Sequence record: OP953026.1
Strand: one strand, 5' to 3'
DNA length: 64,000 bases
Shown: piece after piece, positions 8,085-17,762 of the stretch
Layout: each line of letters starts with the position of its first letter
Position numbering within the stretch: the first letter of the stretch is position 1
Position numbers and translations under genes: made by a program
Notes under the pieces: generated by a model
What the model was told of the DNA's origin: nothing
Database searches by the model: none
The model's input: the letters and a program-made list of their open reading frames with translations, nothing else

Positions 8085-8615
8085 ATGCCTAATGATTATT
8101 TAAATAATAAACCATCCAAATATCTTAGGAGGATTCACCTTACAGCAAATGGTACACTGACTACAACTGTAGAAGCATGCCTAGAATATCAACCAGTTAG
8201 TGATGTCCATAAGTTTTATCCTTACTTCAATTTTACACCAGCAGAACTTTGGAATATATTTTCTGAATCTAGTTCTAATGTATTAACTATTTTTGGTAAA
8301 CCTGATACCAGTAAGTCAAACCTCACTAGAGAAATGCTGAATCATCGAGGCTGGGACGATAAAATTTATTTAGTTGATCGGTCTGATGTTTTAGAACATC
8401 CTGAATTTGCTAATCTCATTAGAGATTTTCCAAATGGGTCTATTATTATTGCCGAGGATGTTGATAACGTAGTGCGTACACGCACAGGTGGTAATGGTGT
8501 TATGGCAGCTATCCTTAATGCCAGTGAAGGAATTGCCAAACGTAATATCAAATTAGTCATCACCACTAGCCTACCAGTACTTAAGGATACTGATGTAGGT
8601 GTTTTGATGTTCTAG
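8085..8615 (+). CDS. truncated/degenerate AAA+ ATPase
   Basis: degenerate Walker A GKPDTSKS, Walker B IIIAEDVD, AILNASEG; lacks lid region. Confidence 0.6.
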   Translation: MPNDYLNNKPSKYLRRIHLTANGTLTTTVEACLEYQPVSDVHKFYPYFNFTPAELWNIFSESSSNVLTIFGKPDTSKSNLTREMLNHRGWDDKIYLVDRSDVLEHPEFANLIRDFPNGSIIIAEDVDNVVRTRTGGNGVMAAILNASEGIAKRNIKLVITTSLPVLKDTDVGVLMF

Positions 8616-8635
8616 AATTTAATTAGGATCAAACT

Positions 8636-9055
8636 ATGAAAAATAAACGTCTAGTTGAAGTAGCAAAATATGCTTATTGTCTGGTTGGTGGACTTCCTAA
8701 ACCAGAAGAAATGGATGAGGCTGAAAAAGAGTATTGGGCATCTATACCAAGTGTGGATATTAAATTAGCTTCATATTGGAAAATGGTCCCACCACCACTA
8801 TATGACCTAGTGATGAAATATAGTGAAACTGATTACGAAAGGTTTTATCCTCATCCTGGTGGCCCTTCTCTTAACACTGATGAACTTGAAACATTCAGGA
8901 TTCCAGGTGAAGATGAGGGCGCACTTATTTGGCGCGATGTCTGCATTACTTGGTATAAACGACCAGGGCGTTGCATGTGTGTTTCACGCGACATCACAGA
9001 TTATGAACTCGCGCAACTTGAATTGGAACTTATCAAGGCTATCGCAAAACCATGA
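8636..9055 (+). CDS. hypothetical protein
   Basis: 139 aa, AGGA RBS. Confidence 0.8.
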   Translation: MKNKRLVEVAKYAYCLVGGLPKPEEMDEAEKEYWASIPSVDIKLASYWKMVPPPLYDLVMKYSETDYERFYPHPGGPSLNTDELETFRIPGEDEGALIWRDVCITWYKRPGRCMCVSRDITDYELAQLELELIKAIAKP

Positions 9056-9186
9056 CTGTATATTTCGAAGGCGCTGGTGAACCGCGTGCAGCCACATTCA
9101 GTGAAGTACGTGATCTGTTTGTAGACGCGGTGAAAAGCAATCGATATTTCCGATGGATTAGTCGATTATTTCAAACTGGTGAATAG
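9052..9186 (+). pseudogene. 44 aa truncated paralog of family A
   Basis: MTVYFEGAGEPRAATFSEVRDLF aligns with MIYFEGDGNVKPVTQEQVKELF (6744). Confidence 0.55.
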
Positions 9187-9256
9187 TTGATGAACTACAG
9201 CATCATCTAAACTCCCATTCTTGTGAGGATATCTCTACGTTCGATAAGGTTAACAC

Positions 9257-9469
9257 ATGAATGATCAAGCTGATCTATTGATCGAGTATTATAAATCACG
9301 TGGTCTTGGTGGCGTAATGGCTACTCATAACCTTCATACTCAGATCAATGAACATCACACTATCTATGGTGGTGGTTGGACTGAGGAAACAGAGAAGGCT
9401 GCCAAATCTATCCGCCGTCGGATGAACCGTAATTCCATCGTAGAAATAAACGTGTGGAAGAAGAAGTAA
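9257..9469 (+). CDS. hypothetical protein
   Basis: 70 aa, AAGGT RBS. Confidence 0.7.
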   Translation: MNDQADLLIEYYKSRGLGGVMATHNLHTQINEHHTIYGGGWTEETEKAAKSIRRRMNRNSIVEINVWKKK

Positions 9470-9509
9470 TTTATTCATATTTTTTAATCCAACTAAAAGG
9501 AAATTGTAA

Positions 9510-9743
9510 ATGCAACATGTAACTGTAAAAACTATGAACTCTGGACTGAAAGTTATTGATCTGGATGGTATCCGACTCAAAGACAAAAATATTATCCAGC
9601 TACGTTCTATTATGAATCACGATGCTGCAAAGCAATCATCAGCTTTCATGCATCACGATAGCCAATTCAATAATGTACGTATTGAATTTTGGCGCGAACC
9701 ATCAGCGCGAATTATCTCGCTGATTAAAGATGCGGTCGCATGA
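9510..9743 (+). CDS. hypothetical protein
   Basis: 77 aa, AAAGGAA RBS. Confidence 0.8.
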   Translation: MQHVTVKTMNSGLKVIDLDGIRLKDKNIIQLRSIMNHDAAKQSSAFMHHDSQFNNVRIEFWREPSARIISLIKDAVA

Positions 9744-9770
9744 CCGCTTTCTTTCAAGAAGGTAACTAAT

Positions 9771-10049
9771 ATGTCTATCTCTGATGTAGTATTTGAAGCT
9801 GCTGTCAAAAGTGGCGTTAGTCTTGAACACCTTGATAAAGAAGAACCTATTCTAAAAATTCGCTCTGTTAAAGAAAGTGATGGATGGGATATCATCCTCT
9901 ATTATCCTGGTAAGATTACCAAGACTGTGAAACTACTATCAAGCGATGTAGCTGGGTCAGATGCATCAAAGTTTATTGAACATGTATTTGGAGATGTTCA
10001 ATTTGCTAAAGAAGCAGTACGCAATGCTGAAGGCATTGTAATAAAATAA
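9771..10049 (+). CDS. hypothetical protein
   Basis: 92 aa, AAGGT RBS. Confidence 0.8.
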   Translation: MSISDVVFEAAVKSGVSLEHLDKEEPILKIRSVKESDGWDIILYYPGKITKTVKLLSSDVAGSDASKFIEHVFGDVQFAKEAVRNAEGIVIK

Positions 10050-10075
10050 TCAATCTGGAAAAAAAGGAAATATAA

Positions 10076-10495
10076 ATGTATATTGATGAAAAGTACTGGG
10101 CTCATTCTGTAAAAGCTATGGATAACAAACATCCAGTTTTGATGAATGTGCATGGTCTTCATTGGTGTTCACCATCTTTGGTTAATTGGAGCCTAACTGC
10201 TGTCAAACGGGATGGGTCACTTTCATCAAAAGAAGTGTTTGATATCACTAGCAAATATGTCAGCCATCTCATTGATCATGAAGTTAAAATCGTTAATGAT
10301 CAATTGGTCTACCTGATCAAAAATAATCTGATTAGTGGCATTACTGAGCTTGATGATGGTTTCTTTGTATTTGCAAATATTGATGGCGAGTCATGGTCCA
10401 TGCATGTTGTAATTGAATGCTTGATGGAACATGAAGAAGATTGGGAAAAACTCGCTGCCGTTAAGTACAATGAGTTGACCATTTCTGCATTCTAA
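10076..10495 (+). CDS. hypothetical protein
   Basis: 139 aa, AAAGGAA RBS. Confidence 0.8.
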   Translation: MYIDEKYWAHSVKAMDNKHPVLMNVHGLHWCSPSLVNWSLTAVKRDGSLSSKEVFDITSKYVSHLIDHEVKIVNDQLVYLIKNNLISGITELDDGFFVFANIDGESWSMHVVIECLMEHEEDWEKLAAVKYNELTISAF

Positions 10496-10509
10496 TTAAT
10501 TATGAAAAT

Positions 10510-10527
10510 GGGGGTCTAAAGACCCCC
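10510..10527 (+). terminator. terminator hairpin
   Basis: GGGGGTC-TAAA-GACCCCC. Confidence 0.7.
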
Positions 10528-10573
10528 TATCTATTTAATAGAATGAAACTAATCTTAATAATGGTGAATACTA

Positions 10574-10870
10574 ATGAATAAATATTACCATTTGAAGAAA
10601 CAGAAGGATGCTACATGGACAATTGAATTTCTAGGAAAGATGCGTAATTTTAAATTCAACCATGTAACTAAAAATAAAAATAGTTGGGTTAGCATGGGTA
10701 TTGAAGGTTATCCAGCACTTAAATTTAACTGTGATGGATTTGGTAGATTAGAAAGTATTCAACCCATTGATGATGATTTAACCATCGATGAAATATTTAT
10801 TCCACGTAAACATTCTGTTTCACAGTGTATCGATATAACAACACTTTATATGGGTGGTCAATGTGACTGA
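10574..10870 (+). CDS. hypothetical protein
   Basis: 98 aa ORF. Confidence 0.75.
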   Translation: MNKYYHLKKQKDATWTIEFLGKMRNFKFNHVTKNKNSWVSMGIEGYPALKFNCDGFGRLESIQPIDDDLTIDEIFIPRKHSVSQCIDITTLYMGGQCD

Positions 10871-11300
10871 GATAATATTAGTTATTTTATCATTGTTTGT
10901 TCTTTCAGTCATAACCGGCTATTGTATAACCCGGTTAGAGAAAACCGAAGATATAGCCTATTATGTTAAATCAATTACGTATTACTTAGGTGAACCCGGT
11001 GATACATTTTTTAATAGTGAACCCAAAGTAATACAGCTGGATAACCCTGTAAAACTAGTTTTCACTAATGAACCAGTTCAAATAAAAACACTTTATTTAG
11101 ACCTAAATAAGAAAGAATTATACCTTAATCATCCCGAACATGCTTGTATTGTGATGCGTGTTATTTTCTTTTTAAATTATCATAACCAGAAAAAACTCAT
11201 AGGTTATTCAGATGAATACTATCATGACAATGAGTATGTTGATAGTGAGTTTGATATGACCATAAAGAAAATTAGCGTAGAATGCTATAAAGGTTTATAA
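10854..11300 (+). CDS. membrane-anchored hypothetical protein
   Basis: N-terminal TM. Confidence 0.75.
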   Translation: MVNVTEIILVILSLFVLSVITGYCITRLEKTEDIAYYVKSITYYLGEPGDTFFNSEPKVIQLDNPVKLVFTNEPVQIKTLYLDLNKKELYLNHPEHACIVMRVIFFLNYHNQKKLIGYSDEYYHDNEYVDSEFDMTIKKISVECYKGL

Positions 11301-11336
11301 TGGTCAATTTTATAGACCATCAATCAGGAGTTAATA

Positions 11337-11768
11337 ATGAGTGTTCTACAACCGCTAGGAAGTTTCCCAGTATATAAGAAAACTATTGGTGAAACTCGAT
11401 TTCTATTAGACCATGATGTTGCTATCAGTATGGTTACAACTGAGCAAGGTAGTTTTATGACAGCCCCACTGAAAACAGATGGGGTAGAGTTTAATCTATC
11501 TGAAGTCTTTGGTGATTACAAAAAATTTGATAATGTGATTGTAGATAAACTCTACTATCGTGATTTATCTGGTAAAATGCAGTCAAAGGTAGTGCCAACT
11601 ATCCCTCAGCTTTATAAAGACATGGCTGTATTCAAAAGTGGTTATACCACTAAAATAAATAATCTCCGTTGGGGTTATTGTTTAACTATTAAAAATGATG
11701 GTACTGCAAAAATTTGGACAGATGACAATAGTCCTATTTGTGGTGTGTCAATTCGTTTCACAATGTAA
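11337..11768 (+). CDS. hypothetical protein
   Basis: 143 aa, AGGAG RBS. Confidence 0.8.
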   Translation: MSVLQPLGSFPVYKKTIGETRFLLDHDVAISMVTTEQGSFMTAPLKTDGVEFNLSEVFGDYKKFDNVIVDKLYYRDLSGKMQSKVVPTIPQLYKDMAVFKSGYTTKINNLRWGYCLTIKNDGTAKIWTDDNSPICGVSIRFTM

Positions 11769-11778
11769 CGTCATAATG

Positions 11779-11796
11779 GCCTCCCTTCGGGGAGGC
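11779..11796 (+). terminator. intrinsic terminator
   Basis: GCCTCCC-TTCG-GGGAGGC plus TTTT. Confidence 0.9.
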
Positions 11797-11830
11797 TTTT
11801 ATATCCTTTTATATAAACAGGTATATTCAA

Positions 11831-12133
11831 ATGAAAATGAATGATAAGGTAATCAAATCGACTCAGTATATGTTGGATAATACTGATAAATTCATAAGTG
11901 CTGTTTTCTCTGGTGAGGATCGATACATTGATGCATGCGCTGGTCTGGTTGCTGCACATGGGGATAAAACTGAACAGTATCGTTATATCTGGGAAGAAGC
12001 TGGATTGGACTTTAACAAAGCCCAAGTAATATATTTTCTAACGTACACCAAATTACTAGGTGATACTCCTAAACATATGTCATGCCAATGGGTTATCGAT
12101 AACTATAATAAATATAATAAACTATTACCTTAA
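11831..12133 (+). CDS. hypothetical protein
   Basis: 100 aa ORF. Confidence 0.75.
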   Translation: MKMNDKVIKSTQYMLDNTDKFISAVFSGEDRYIDACAGLVAAHGDKTEQYRYIWEEAGLDFNKAQVIYFLTYTKLLGDTPKHMSCQWVIDNYNKYNKLLP

Positions 12134-12218
12134 TACGGGGTAATAGTTTATTATAATAAAATTTAAAGTTATATAACAACCATGCCAAATAAAATAAATA
12201 TTATCTGAGGTATCACAA

Positions 12219-12371
12219 ATGGAAGGAATGAAATATGTAGCATTGTTTTTAGTTATAGCGGTTTTAGGTAGTACGCTAATTGGTATTAATAAAATTATCA
12301 ATATAGGTGATATCGATGGATACCGATCAGAAAAAGAAAGAATCACCGAAATTCAATCCTATCATAAATAG
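12219..12371 (+). CDS. 50 aa membrane/secreted peptide (not in ORF track)
   Basis: GAGGT RBS; MEGMKYVALFLVIAVLGSTLIGINK... Confidence 0.6.
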   Translation: MEGMKYVALFLVIAVLGSTLIGINKIINIGDIDGYRSEKERITEIQSYHK

Positions 12372-12427
12372 CATCTTTAACAAGTCATGGCTGACTGAAG
12401 AGAAGAGTTGTAAAGAGGTAAAAAGAA

Positions 12428-12730
12428 ATGAGTTCAACAGTGAGCTGTCTAGCAAACGCGCTAGCTAATGGTATTAGTCTTATCGCTAAGAATAAAGTTC
12501 AAGTTGGTATGATTCTACAAGCAACACAGGATATTTGGATCATGCGTACTTGTAAAAAGAATGGTTATCTAGAATGGAAGTTTGCCGATGAAGGAGATGA
12601 CCTAACCGTATTAGGCGTTGATGAGGGTAATCCCGAAGGCGGCTTTAGAGTTTTAAATGCCGACAATTATAATCAAATTGAAACTGTACAATGTACAGAT
12701 ATGGATGATATTCTTCACGCATATAACTGA
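12428..12730 (+). CDS. hypothetical protein
   Basis: 100 aa, GAGGT RBS. Confidence 0.8.
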   Translation: MSSTVSCLANALANGISLIAKNKVQVGMILQATQDIWIMRTCKKNGYLEWKFADEGDDLTVLGVDEGNPEGGFRVLNADNYNQIETVQCTDMDDILHAYN

Positions 12731-12738
12731 GGTGGTAT

Positions 12739-12951
12739 ATGTCAAATTCATTTAAAGCCGGTGACAAAGTTGTAGTCAATACAGATATTATTAATAGCAC
12801 CGGTGAATGCGGTTATGATCTTACACTATGTAAAGCTGGTACTGTAGTTATAATCGAATCTGTTAATGGAGACCATCTGTTAGTTTATCCATCTAATAGT
12901 GGTCCTAGTAATGGATTTTATGTTCATCTACATCAGGTTAATGCACAATGA
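12739..12951 (+). CDS. small SH3/KOW-like protein (tentative)
   Basis: FKAGDKVVV ... AGTVVII ... FYV beta pattern; similar to 14814-15053. Confidence 0.55.
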   Translation: MSNSFKAGDKVVVNTDIINSTGECGYDLTLCKAGTVVIIESVNGDHLLVYPSNSGPSNGFYVHLHQVNAQ

Positions 12952-13325
12952 AACTTGAATGCATAAGAGATACTGCACAGATCTTCTACAGTAAAAGAGC
13001 TTTTATAAAAGGTGATTATATTGGTAGCGAATATCATATTTACCAATTACTAACCCATCTTCATCATCGTATCGTTAATACACTTATTGAAATATATGAT
13101 GATGATTCACTAGCTGATGTGCTAAATAAAAGTCCTGATGATATTATCATCATGTTCTCTAAACATGCGACTAATGCGTATCAGCATTACAAAGTTCTTC
13201 GCCAAAATATAAATGCTAAGATTGAAGAAGTAAATGCATCACGAAATAGGTATACCCTGTGGTCTAACTTAGTAGAGGATATTCTTAAGTTTAGACTATA
13301 TTGCAGTAAACTAAAGGTGGGTTGA
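12948..13325 (+). CDS. hypothetical protein
   Basis: 125 aa, ATGA overlap. Confidence 0.75.
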   Translation: MKLECIRDTAQIFYSKRAFIKGDYIGSEYHIYQLLTHLHHRIVNTLIEIYDDDSLADVLNKSPDDIIIMFSKHATNAYQHYKVLRQNINAKIEEVNASRNRYTLWSNLVEDILKFRLYCSKLKVG

Positions 13326-13326
13326 G

Positions 13327-13689
13327 ATGATTGAATTTAATGCGACTGAAGTGGAAATGCTTGTTAAAACAGTTACTGGTGATTTATTTAACATCACCTA
13401 TGGCGCACATCCTGCTGAAATTAATTGGATGCTTAAAGCAGATGTTGCAATGTTGGATGCATGGTTTGCTAAGGTTTATCAGTTTGGTATGTCAAAGCAA
13501 ATCCCATATGCCAGTATCCCATTTACCAATCTAGTGGATGTGTCAATTGAGTGGCTATTCCAATACATGGCCAATCTGGCAGCTAACCTAGGTGATTTTG
13601 AAGAGGTCCAAGAACCTATTTTCAATATCATCAATAAGATCCATTCAATGTGGTTAGTTTATGATAAGTATTCATGGACTGGTAGCTAA
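13327..13689 (+). CDS. hypothetical protein
   Basis: 120 aa ORF. Confidence 0.8.
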   Translation: MIEFNATEVEMLVKTVTGDLFNITYGAHPAEINWMLKADVAMLDAWFAKVYQFGMSKQIPYASIPFTNLVDVSIEWLFQYMANLAANLGDFEEVQEPIFNIINKIHSMWLVYDKYSWTGS

Positions 13690-13732
13690 TACTTGACCGT
13701 CCAATTAGATAGTTATAGGACGGGAATTAACC

Positions 13733-14068
13733 ATGTTTATAGTTGATGATAAGTGTTATAGTTGGTCAAGTACTTCGCACGGTCGTGGGAAAAGAAGCGA
13801 AATAGTTGGAGCAGGTGTTTATGTTATTGAACACATTGCAACTGGGAAGTATTTGGTAGGGCTTTCAAAGACTGTTAGTAATGAAGTTGATAAACATATC
13901 GCTGCATTACGTAATAATAGTCATCAAAATAAGGCAATGTTAGGTTTAGTACATCGGGACATGGATTTACGTTTATTAGAATATCCCATTAGTAAGGTTA
14001 GTGATCAAAAAGCACTTATTGCTAAGATCCGAGCCACTACTGAACCTAAATATTTAATGCTTAATTAG
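13733..14068 (+). CDS. stand-alone degenerate GIY-YIG domain protein
   Basis: GVYVIEHIATGKYLVGLS ... H...L..N.H.NK; catalytic Arg appears absent. Confidence 0.65.
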   Translation: MFIVDDKCYSWSSTSHGRGKRSEIVGAGVYVIEHIATGKYLVGLSKTVSNEVDKHIAALRNNSHQNKAMLGLVHRDMDLRLLEYPISKVSDQKALIAKIRATTEPKYLMLN

Positions 14069-14085
14069 GGAGGGTAATACCTCCC
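14068..14085 (+). terminator. terminator hairpin
   Basis: GGGAGG-GTAATA-CCTCCC plus TTTT. Confidence 0.75.
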
Positions 14086-14114
14086 TTTTCTTATATAAGA
14101 AAAGGAAATATACA

Positions 14115-14801
14115 ATGAGTAATCCATTAGTTATCAAATCGGCAAGTGATCTAGTAGAACCAAAAGAGATAGATTACAAAGCACCTATTTTTAAGGCCAG
14201 TCACGAATATGAATCTATTCGTGAGAATAGCAGACAGTTAATTGAAAAGCAAATGAAACTATCCAAAAAACCTTTTGCCGTGGTTGAACGAGAAGGTGAT
14301 ATTGGTTCCAATGTTGTTTATTACACGTGTGGATGTAATAAAGAAGATCCACTCTTTCCTGAACTGGTGATCACTGCCTGCATTACTAAGGAATCGGCAG
14401 TAAATACCTTTTACGCCATTTTTGAAAAATTAAAAGAAGTGAAACAGATCACGGGTGGCGTAGAGATTGCAGATTTACTGAGTGCATTTGAAGAAGATCA
14501 ACGGATGGGACGCCAACCTAAATTTGGTATTCGCCTAATTGATACTCGTCAATTTGTATATGGTTTTGGTGGTAAACTCCACGCATACTACAATATGGAT
14601 GACTATTATAACCAATTGCCCATCTGGCAAATTCTCATCAGTGATATTGAAGGATTCCTACCCACTGATAGTGGTTATCTACAAACAGTTTGTCCGCAGT
14701 TTCTTCTAGCCGATAAACCTTTCGGACAAGCTGGTAATATCTATCCTACTGACATTTTTAAAACTATGAAATGTCGTCCTTCTGCAACAGTTATTCATTA
14801 A
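14115..14801 (+). CDS. DUF4262-like protein
   Basis: YYTCG...PELVITA and WQILISDIEGFLPTDSGY motifs resemble DUF4262. Confidence 0.55.
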   Translation: MSNPLVIKSASDLVEPKEIDYKAPIFKASHEYESIRENSRQLIEKQMKLSKKPFAVVEREGDIGSNVVYYTCGCNKEDPLFPELVITACITKESAVNTFYAIFEKLKEVKQITGGVEIADLLSAFEEDQRMGRQPKFGIRLIDTRQFVYGFGGKLHAYYNMDDYYNQLPIWQILISDIEGFLPTDSGYLQTVCPQFLLADKPFGQAGNIYPTDIFKTMKCRPSATVIH

Positions 14802-14813
14802 GAGGTTAATATA

Positions 14814-15053
14814 ATGCGTGAGTTTCGTACTGGTCAATATTGTATTACTAAAATTGATATTCCTCATCCAAAACCCAATGCATTAACTGGCCCAACTTAT
14901 TTAACAGCTGGACAGCAGTGCCAAATTATCGTTTATGATCCATCGAAAACACCTTCTACTGGTATTCGTAAAGAAGGTGAAAACTTTGCAATGGTTTATG
15001 TAGACGAATCTGCACTAATTGCTGATCCATCAAAACCGGTTCCAACTCTATGA
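14814..15053 (+). CDS. small SH3-like protein (tentative)
   Basis: FRTGQYCIT ... AGQQCQII ... VYV; GAGGT RBS. Confidence 0.6.
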   Translation: MREFRTGQYCITKIDIPHPKPNALTGPTYLTAGQQCQIIVYDPSKTPSTGIRKEGENFAMVYVDESALIADPSKPVPTL

Positions 15054-15409
15054 TATTTAAATTCTTTGATGTTAATGGAGAGTATGATCCACGTAACTTG
15101 TGGTTGCCCGCTGAACGTCAGCTATATATCTCTATTATTAATCCAGAGGGCCATGAGGTGCTCTGGTATGCTAGAAAACCAGGCACTAATGTAGCTATGT
15201 TGACACCTAAGCGAGATGATTATGAACTTGTAAATTGTTCAAATATTCTGAAGGCTAGGGATGTTCTATTGGTTAATCATGAGGCTGGTTCAGTAGAAAA
15301 AGCATTACGTTATTTTGACTTACCTGTTAAAGGTAAATATAAATTAGCAAGTCGTACATGGGAATGTAGTGAACTATTCACTCTTCAATTTATTGAATAT
15401 AATTTTTAA
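15050..15409 (+). CDS. hypothetical protein
   Basis: 119 aa, ATGA overlap. Confidence 0.75.
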   Translation: MIFKFFDVNGEYDPRNLWLPAERQLYISIINPEGHEVLWYARKPGTNVAMLTPKRDDYELVNCSNILKARDVLLVNHEAGSVEKALRYFDLPVKGKYKLASRTWECSELFTLQFIEYNF

Positions 15410-15423
15410 ATAGGTAATTATAA

Positions 15424-15945
15424 ATGGCTCTTATTTGTGGATATGGTGAAAATGCCGTGCTATTTGGTGGCGATGTTGATGTAGTCGACTATGCGATGTC
15501 TCAAAGAAAATATACCTTAGATAATAAATTCATTATCCGTGGTATCGCTGTTATGAGTGCTGATAAAGAAGCGCGACATAGTTTCTGCCGAGCTAATAGT
15601 GAGCTGTTTCTTAGCCATCGCACAAAAGACTATAATGTAATCACACAACAATTCCAAGAATCGGTTAATAATTATAAAGTGATGGTTTACATTGTATTCG
15701 ATGACGAACTAGCCGTCTTTGTACCGAATACACCAATCACTGTACTGAATTATAAAAATAATCCAGATGGAGTTACTGTGATTAATAAAGGTTTCCGATA
15801 TAAACAAAGGGAGAGGCTTAAAGTTCTCATTAAAACATATCACGATGATCTATTGTTATTGGCTAAGAATATTGCAGATAATTCATTGAAAGATGTTAAT
15901 CAACTAACTGTCTTTAAAGACGGAACTACCCAACGGTTTATTTAA
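15424..15945 (+). CDS. hypothetical protein, possibly degenerate Ntn-hydrolase fold
   Basis: ALICGYGENAVLFGGD resembles HslV-type N-terminus without the nucleophile. Confidence 0.6.
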   Translation: MALICGYGENAVLFGGDVDVVDYAMSQRKYTLDNKFIIRGIAVMSADKEARHSFCRANSELFLSHRTKDYNVITQQFQESVNNYKVMVYIVFDDELAVFVPNTPITVLNYKNNPDGVTVINKGFRYKQRERLKVLIKTYHDDLLLLAKNIADNSLKDVNQLTVFKDGTTQRFI

Positions 15946-15956
15946 GGTATCTTTAC

Positions 15957-16256
15957 ATGACCACTAAACAACAGCGCATTACCTATCACTATCATTGTAA
16001 AGGTCTTAAACAGACATATCACCCAGTCATTGGTAAAGATGGGGAATTGAAACTGTCTGTACTTACACCTGATAATATTTATAGTCAATATCCATTATAC
16101 GAGGATGTAGAAGATGAAGCTATCGATAAATTATGCGATCAGGTAGAACTACTACTGAGAAAAGAACTTGTGGGTGTAATTGCTATTAAATATAATGTCG
16201 ATTATCTAGCTACCCCTGGTGAGAAATTAAAAGAAGTATATAGACTCGTAATTTAA
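15957..16256 (+). CDS. hypothetical protein
   Basis: 99 aa, AAGGT RBS. Confidence 0.75.
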   Translation: MTTKQQRITYHYHCKGLKQTYHPVIGKDGELKLSVLTPDNIYSQYPLYEDVEDEAIDKLCDQVELLLRKELVGVIAIKYNVDYLATPGEKLKEVYRLVI

Positions 16257-16269
16257 TAATGGTATAATT

Positions 16270-16287
16270 GCCCTCCTTCGGGAGGGC
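16270..16287 (+). terminator. intrinsic terminator
   Basis: GCCCTCC-TTCG-GGAGGGC. Confidence 0.85.
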
Positions 16288-16314
16288 TTCTATTTCGTAA
16301 AAAGGAAAATACAA

Positions 16315-16755
16315 ATGAAAGCGTTCATCCCAAAATGGCGCCAAGACCCAAATAACGTTGACCATAAGTATGGTTATGAACTGAATGCATACACCTCTGT
16401 TTCTGGTACTCGCGTCTTCATCGAACGTCGTGTTGAATACTACAATAAGAAAAAGAAACAATGGTGCGATGAAACAATTCAAGTAATTCATCTTGGTAAA
16501 CTGAATTGTTATATTTGGAAACACTATCCAGTTATCAGTTTCAGAGATGTTGGTGTAATCTACGGTCGGTTAGAATTTGATGAACTAAAGAAAGTAAATA
16601 AACTTATTCAGAGTTCAAATTCCGTATCTATTGAACTGATGGAATCTATTTCAAAAGAATATCAGGTTTATATCACAGCTGTAATTAATAACATCAAATA
16701 TGTGTTCAGCCCTGAACGTACTTATGTATCTGATGAGGGTTACGTAGATGACTAA
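16315..16755 (+). CDS. hypothetical protein
   Basis: 146 aa, AAAGGAA RBS. Confidence 0.8.
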   Translation: MKAFIPKWRQDPNNVDHKYGYELNAYTSVSGTRVFIERRVEYYNKKKKQWCDETIQVIHLGKLNCYIWKHYPVISFRDVGVIYGRLEFDELKKVNKLIQSSNSVSIELMESISKEYQVYITAVINNIKYVFSPERTYVSDEGYVDD

Positions 16756-17210
16756 AGCAACTACTAATATCGTAATACAAGAGAAGCTTAAAGAACTCCG
16801 TCATAATAGTGATTGGATGTATTACATGACTTCCCAGTTCACTAACTGGATGTCAATGACTCCAGGTGCACTGAATTATAAAAAACAACATGACACCAGA
16901 TGAGTATTACGAGCATCTGGTAACTTGGCGGGTGATGACTGAGGATCTAATCCGAGTTCGTAAATCAATTGGTATCAGTATGTCAGGTATGATTAGTGAT
17001 ACACTAACACATCTTGATGTAAATGAAGTAATGTGTGAGTTCAGTGTATCAGCTAAACTACGTGTTCATCGCAATCATTGGAAAACCAATATGCTTTACT
17101 TGGGTCTTGACTGCGGTGATCATCTATGGCGTCCTAAAGAACGAGTATTCGTAGTTGGTCAAACGGAATGGTCTCGTTTCCGCGATGCTATTGTCAATGG
17201 TGTTTACTAA
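16748..17210 (+). pseudogene. gene apparently split by frameshift at A6 (16880-16885): 51 aa ORF 16748-16903 plus 106 aa ORF 16890-17210
   Basis: removing one A joins both in frame; downstream ATG has no SD. Confidence 0.5.
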
Positions 17211-17242
17211 GTGATTCCTTTATGTATTTAGGATAATTAAAA

Positions 17243-17755
17243 ATGGCAAAAACACTCCGTGTAGTACGTGTCCGTGATGGGATCGTTGATAGTCTTAATA
17301 ACGATGGTCTATGGGTTAACAAACATACCTTTTGTATGGAAGAGGTATGGGAAGCCCACAAACAAACAACCCAATTCCAGTCTTACAACTGGGGGACTAT
17401 GTACTTCGTTAGTGAAAATGATGTAGCATGTAATCCATATCCTCATCATCAATACCGTGAAGTATGGATCTGTCAACGAGGTGTGCAACAAAAACTAGAA
17501 CTATGTGAGGATTTAGAATCCGGTATAGTTGGGGATGATCATGTTGTAGTTATTATGACTACCACGGATGGATTAGATTATAGTTTTGTGAGTGGTGTGT
17601 ATGGCGACCGTATTAACTACAGTCCTTACTATGGTGATGCCATTTCTATACCTTGTACCAATAATCAAGAAGCAGACGATGTCTATCATATTCTAGCTAA
17701 AATGGCTAATGGCATAAGTCTATCTGTTCCTCTAGTAATGAAGCTGATTAAATAA
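17243..17755 (+). CDS. hypothetical protein
   Basis: 170 aa, AGGA RBS. Confidence 0.8.
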   Translation: MAKTLRVVRVRDGIVDSLNNDGLWVNKHTFCMEEVWEAHKQTTQFQSYNWGTMYFVSENDVACNPYPHHQYREVWICQRGVQQKLELCEDLESGIVGDDHVVVIMTTTDGLDYSFVSGVYGDRINYSPYYGDAISIPCTNNQEADDVYHILAKMANGISLSVPLVMKLIK

Positions 17756-17762
17756 AGGAGTA

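Noticed and set aside
13733-14068. Mobile homing endonuclease
   Set aside because: The domain is short, the catalytic Arg appears absent, it has no DNA-binding extension and it does not interrupt a gene.
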